Of a stretch of DNA of 37,879 bases, positions 36,140 to 37,879 are shown piece after piece (positions within the stretch are counted from its first letter, which is position 1; every line of letters starts with the position of its first letter). The position numbers and the translations under genes are program-made. Under the pieces are notes generated by a model. The model was not told the origin of the DNA and did not search any database. It saw nothing but the letters and a program-made list of their open reading frames with translations. Source of the stretch: Actinomycetota bacterium (GTDB lineage: Bacteria; Actinomycetota; Actinomycetes; Mycobacteriales; CADCTP01); NCBI GenBank assembly GCA_046744115.1, contig JBKOXW010000039.1:1-37879 (forward strand). The letters are read 5' to 3'.

Positions 36140-37189
36140 GTGGAGGAGCGGAGGGGGGTGGCGCTGGCGCCGCTGACCACGTTGCGGCTCGGTGGCCCGG
36201 CGGCGCGGCTGGTCGAGGCGACCAGCGGCGGCGAGATCGCGGCGGCGGTCCAGGCGGCGGACGAGGCGGGCACGCCGGTGCTGCTCCTCGGCGGGGGCAG
36301 CAACCTGGTGCTCGCCGATGACGGGTGGCCGGGCGTGGTGGTGCTGCTGCGGTCCCGCGGGGTGGAGGCGGTGACCCGCGACGGCGAGCGCGCCGTGCTG
36401 ACCGTCGAGGCCGGCGAGCCGTGGGACGAGCTGGTCGCCCGGGCGGTCGCCGAGGGCTGGTCCGGCCTGGAGTGCCTGTCCGGCATCCCCGGTCTGTCCG
36501 GTGCCACGCCGGTGCAGAACGTCGGCGCGTACGGCCAGGAGGTCAGCGACACGATCCTGACGGTCCGAGTCTGGGACCGCGCCGCGGCCGCCGTGCGCGA
36601 CCTTCCGCCCGAGCGGTGCGGCTTCGGCTACCGGGACAGCGTCTTCAAGCATTCCGCCCGGTACGTCGTGCTGTCGGTCACGTTTGCGCTCGCCGCCGAC
36701 CCGCTGGCCCGCCCGATCCGATACGCGGAGCTGGCCCGCACGCTGGGCGTCGCCGCCGGCGACCGGGCCAAGCTCGCCGACGTGCGCGACGCCGTGCTGG
36801 GCCTGCGCCGGGCCAAGGGCATGGTGCTCGACCCCGCCGACCACGACACGTGGAGCGTCGGCTCGTTCTTCACCAACCCGGTGCTGTCGCCGGCCGCGCT
36901 GGCCGACCTGGAGGCCCGGTTGCAACCCGACGAGACGTACCCGTCCTGGCCGTCCGGCGGTGACACCAAGCTCTCGGCGGCGTGGCTGATCGAGCGGGCC
37001 GGGTTCGGCAAGGGATACGGGTCCGGCCGGGTCCGGGTGTCGAGCAAGCACACGCTCGCGCTGACCAACCGCGGCGGCGCCACCACCGCCGAGCTGGTCG
37101 CGCTGGCCCGGGAGATCCGCGACGGGGTGCTGATGAGGTTCGGGATCGGCCTGCGGCCCGAACCGCTGCTGGTCGGCGTCGAGCTCTAG
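36140..37189 (+). CDS. murB: UDP-N-acetylenolpyruvoylglucosamine reductase MurB
   Basis: [10 protein letters not shown] ... [10 protein letters not shown] ... [20 protein letters not shown] ... SVGSFFTNP ... KLSAAWLIE. The start is GTG 36140 or GTG 36158 (after GGAGGAGCGGAGGGGG). Confidence 0.9.
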   Translation: MEERRGVALAPLTTLRLGGPAARLVEATSGGEIAAAVQAADEAGTPVLLLGGGSNLVLADDGWPGVVVLLRSRGVEAVTRDGERAVLTVEAGEPWDELVARAVAEGWSGLECLSGIPGLSGATPVQNVGAYGQEVSDTILTVRVWDRAAAAVRDLPPERCGFGYRDSVFKHSARYVVLSVTFALAADPLARPIRYAELARTLGVAAGDRAKLADVRDAVLGLRRAKGMVLDPADHDTWSVGSFFTNPVLSPAALADLEARLQPDETYPSWPSGGDTKLSAAWLIERAGFGKGYGSGRVRVSSKHTLALTNRGGATTAELVALAREIRDGVLMRFGIGLRPEPLLVGVEL

Positions 37190-37265
37190 GAGGCCGCTGA
37201 ACCACCTGAGCGGTCCGTCGGGGCGTTCCACCTGCCCGATCGGGCAGGATTCGTGCTGCGGAGAC
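37187..37265. mobile_element. Degenerate third copy of the MITE-like element
   Basis: The left end TAGGAGGCCGCTGAAC is identical to the other copies. The right end GGGCAGGATTCGTGCTGCGGAGAC is a decayed version of GGGCAGTGGATTGTTCAGCGGCCTCC. It contains the 18-nt perfect palindrome CCTGCCCGATCGGGCAGG (37231-37248). The right boundary is approximate. Confidence 0.55.
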
Positions 37266-37304
37266 GTTGGGGCTCTGGAGTTGCCGCCGCCGAGGAGGTA
37301 CGTC

Positions 37305-37879
37305 GTGTCCGTAGCCCGGGTGACCCCCATCCGGCGTGGGCTGCCGCGCCGGGTGGCGACACTGTCGGTGCATACCTCGCCTCTGGACCAGCCCGGCACC
37401 GGCGACGCCGGCGGGATGAACGTCTACATCGTCGAGGTGTCCCGCCGCCTCGCCGAGATGGGCGTCGAGGTGGAGGTCTTCACCCGGGCGACCTCGAGCG
37501 ATCTGCCACCCGTAGTCGAGTTGGCACCCGGCGTGACCGTTCGACATGTCGCGGCCGGGCCGTTCGAGGGTCTCGGCAAGCACGACCTGCCCGCCCAGCT
37601 CTGCGCGTTCACCTCGGCCGTGCTGCGGGCCGAGGCGCAGCAGGAGCCCGGCTGGTACGACGTGATCCACTCGCACTACTGGCTGTCCGGGCAGGTCGGC
37701 TGGCTGGCCCGGGACCGCTGGGGGGTGCCGCTGGTGCACTCCGCGCACACCCTGGCCAAGGTGAAGAACGCGGCGCTGGCCGAGGGCGACCAGCCCGAGC
37801 CGCTGGCCCGGCTGATCGGCGAGGAGCAGGTCGTCGAGGTGGCCGACCGGCTGGTCGCGTCCACCGACGACGAGGCCAC
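37305..37879 (+). CDS. mshA: D-inositol-3-phosphate glycosyltransferase MshA (mycothiol biosynthesis), partial; continues past the window
   Basis: GTG 37305 is 6 nt after GAGGAGG. The translation is [56 protein letters not shown] ... [13 protein letters not shown] ... [12 protein letters not shown], matching MshA GT4 hallmarks. It is not in the ORF track because no stop lies in the window. Confidence 0.88.
   Translation, partial: MSVARVTPIRRGLPRRVATLSVHTSPLDQPGTGDAGGMNVYIVEVSRRLAEMGVEVEVFTRATSSDLPPVVELAPGVTVRHVAAGPFEGLGKHDLPAQLCAFTSAVLRAEAQQEPGWYDVIHSHYWLSGQVGWLARDRWGVPLVHSAHTLAKVKNAALAEGDQPEPLARLIGEEQVVEVADRLVASTDDEA

Overview
High-GC actinobacterial chromosomal window (GC roughly 70% or more by eye, not computed) from a mycothiol-producing lineage, since mshD and mshA are both present. 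I support about 40 CDS. Many are chained by 4-nt ATGA/GTGA/TTGA stop-start overlaps.

Gene content, left to right:
- Minus-strand mannoside-type utilisation block: two CUT1 permeases, a lipoprotein sugar-binding protein, a parvulin/SurA-like protein and a 1454-aa GH38 alpha-mannosidase.
- Aquaporin, then an LCP cell-wall transferase.
- pstSCAB with a phased PHO-box array, then mshD and glnR.
- Alpha/beta hydrolase plus a polytopic membrane protein, LmeA (DUF2993) and a ThiX-like thioredoxin.
- Sulfur-transfer operon (DUF4395, rhodanese, DUF1416) preceded by a Cys-rich mini-ORF.
- A TIM-barrel-like hypothetical protein, DsrE, a 33-aa membrane mini-ORF and nitrobindin.
- A YCII/DGPF plus ECF42-type sigma factor pair.
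- pabC-like gene, then ygfZ followed by three overlap-coupled enzymes (Gfo/Idh/MocA, BKACE, asparaginase-II-like).
- A sigma-like protein fused to a transmembrane helix and an extracytoplasmic domain.
- XRE regulator, HbhA-like protein, DUF2516, GNAT, SAM methyltransferase, SDR, murB and the start of mshA.

From memory, the order matches two M. tuberculosis syntenic blocks (Rv0811c-Rv0820 and Rv0474-Rv0486) with lineage-specific insertions between them. I saw no rRNA, tRNA, CRISPR array or transposase gene.

Most interesting observations:
1. A palindromic MITE-like element is present in three copies. Each has TA flanks, and the junction TA+G forms the stop codon of three different genes. Copies sit at breaks in the conserved gene order.
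2. A 24-codon Cys-rich leader ORF and a hairpin that sequesters the ribosome-binding site lie upstream of the rhodanese operon.
3. A membrane-anchored sigma-like one-component protein.
4. An uncharacterised three-enzyme cassette translationally chained to ygfZ.

I cannot show a clear new multi-gene system from sequence alone. All functional calls rest on motif recognition by eye, with no searches run.
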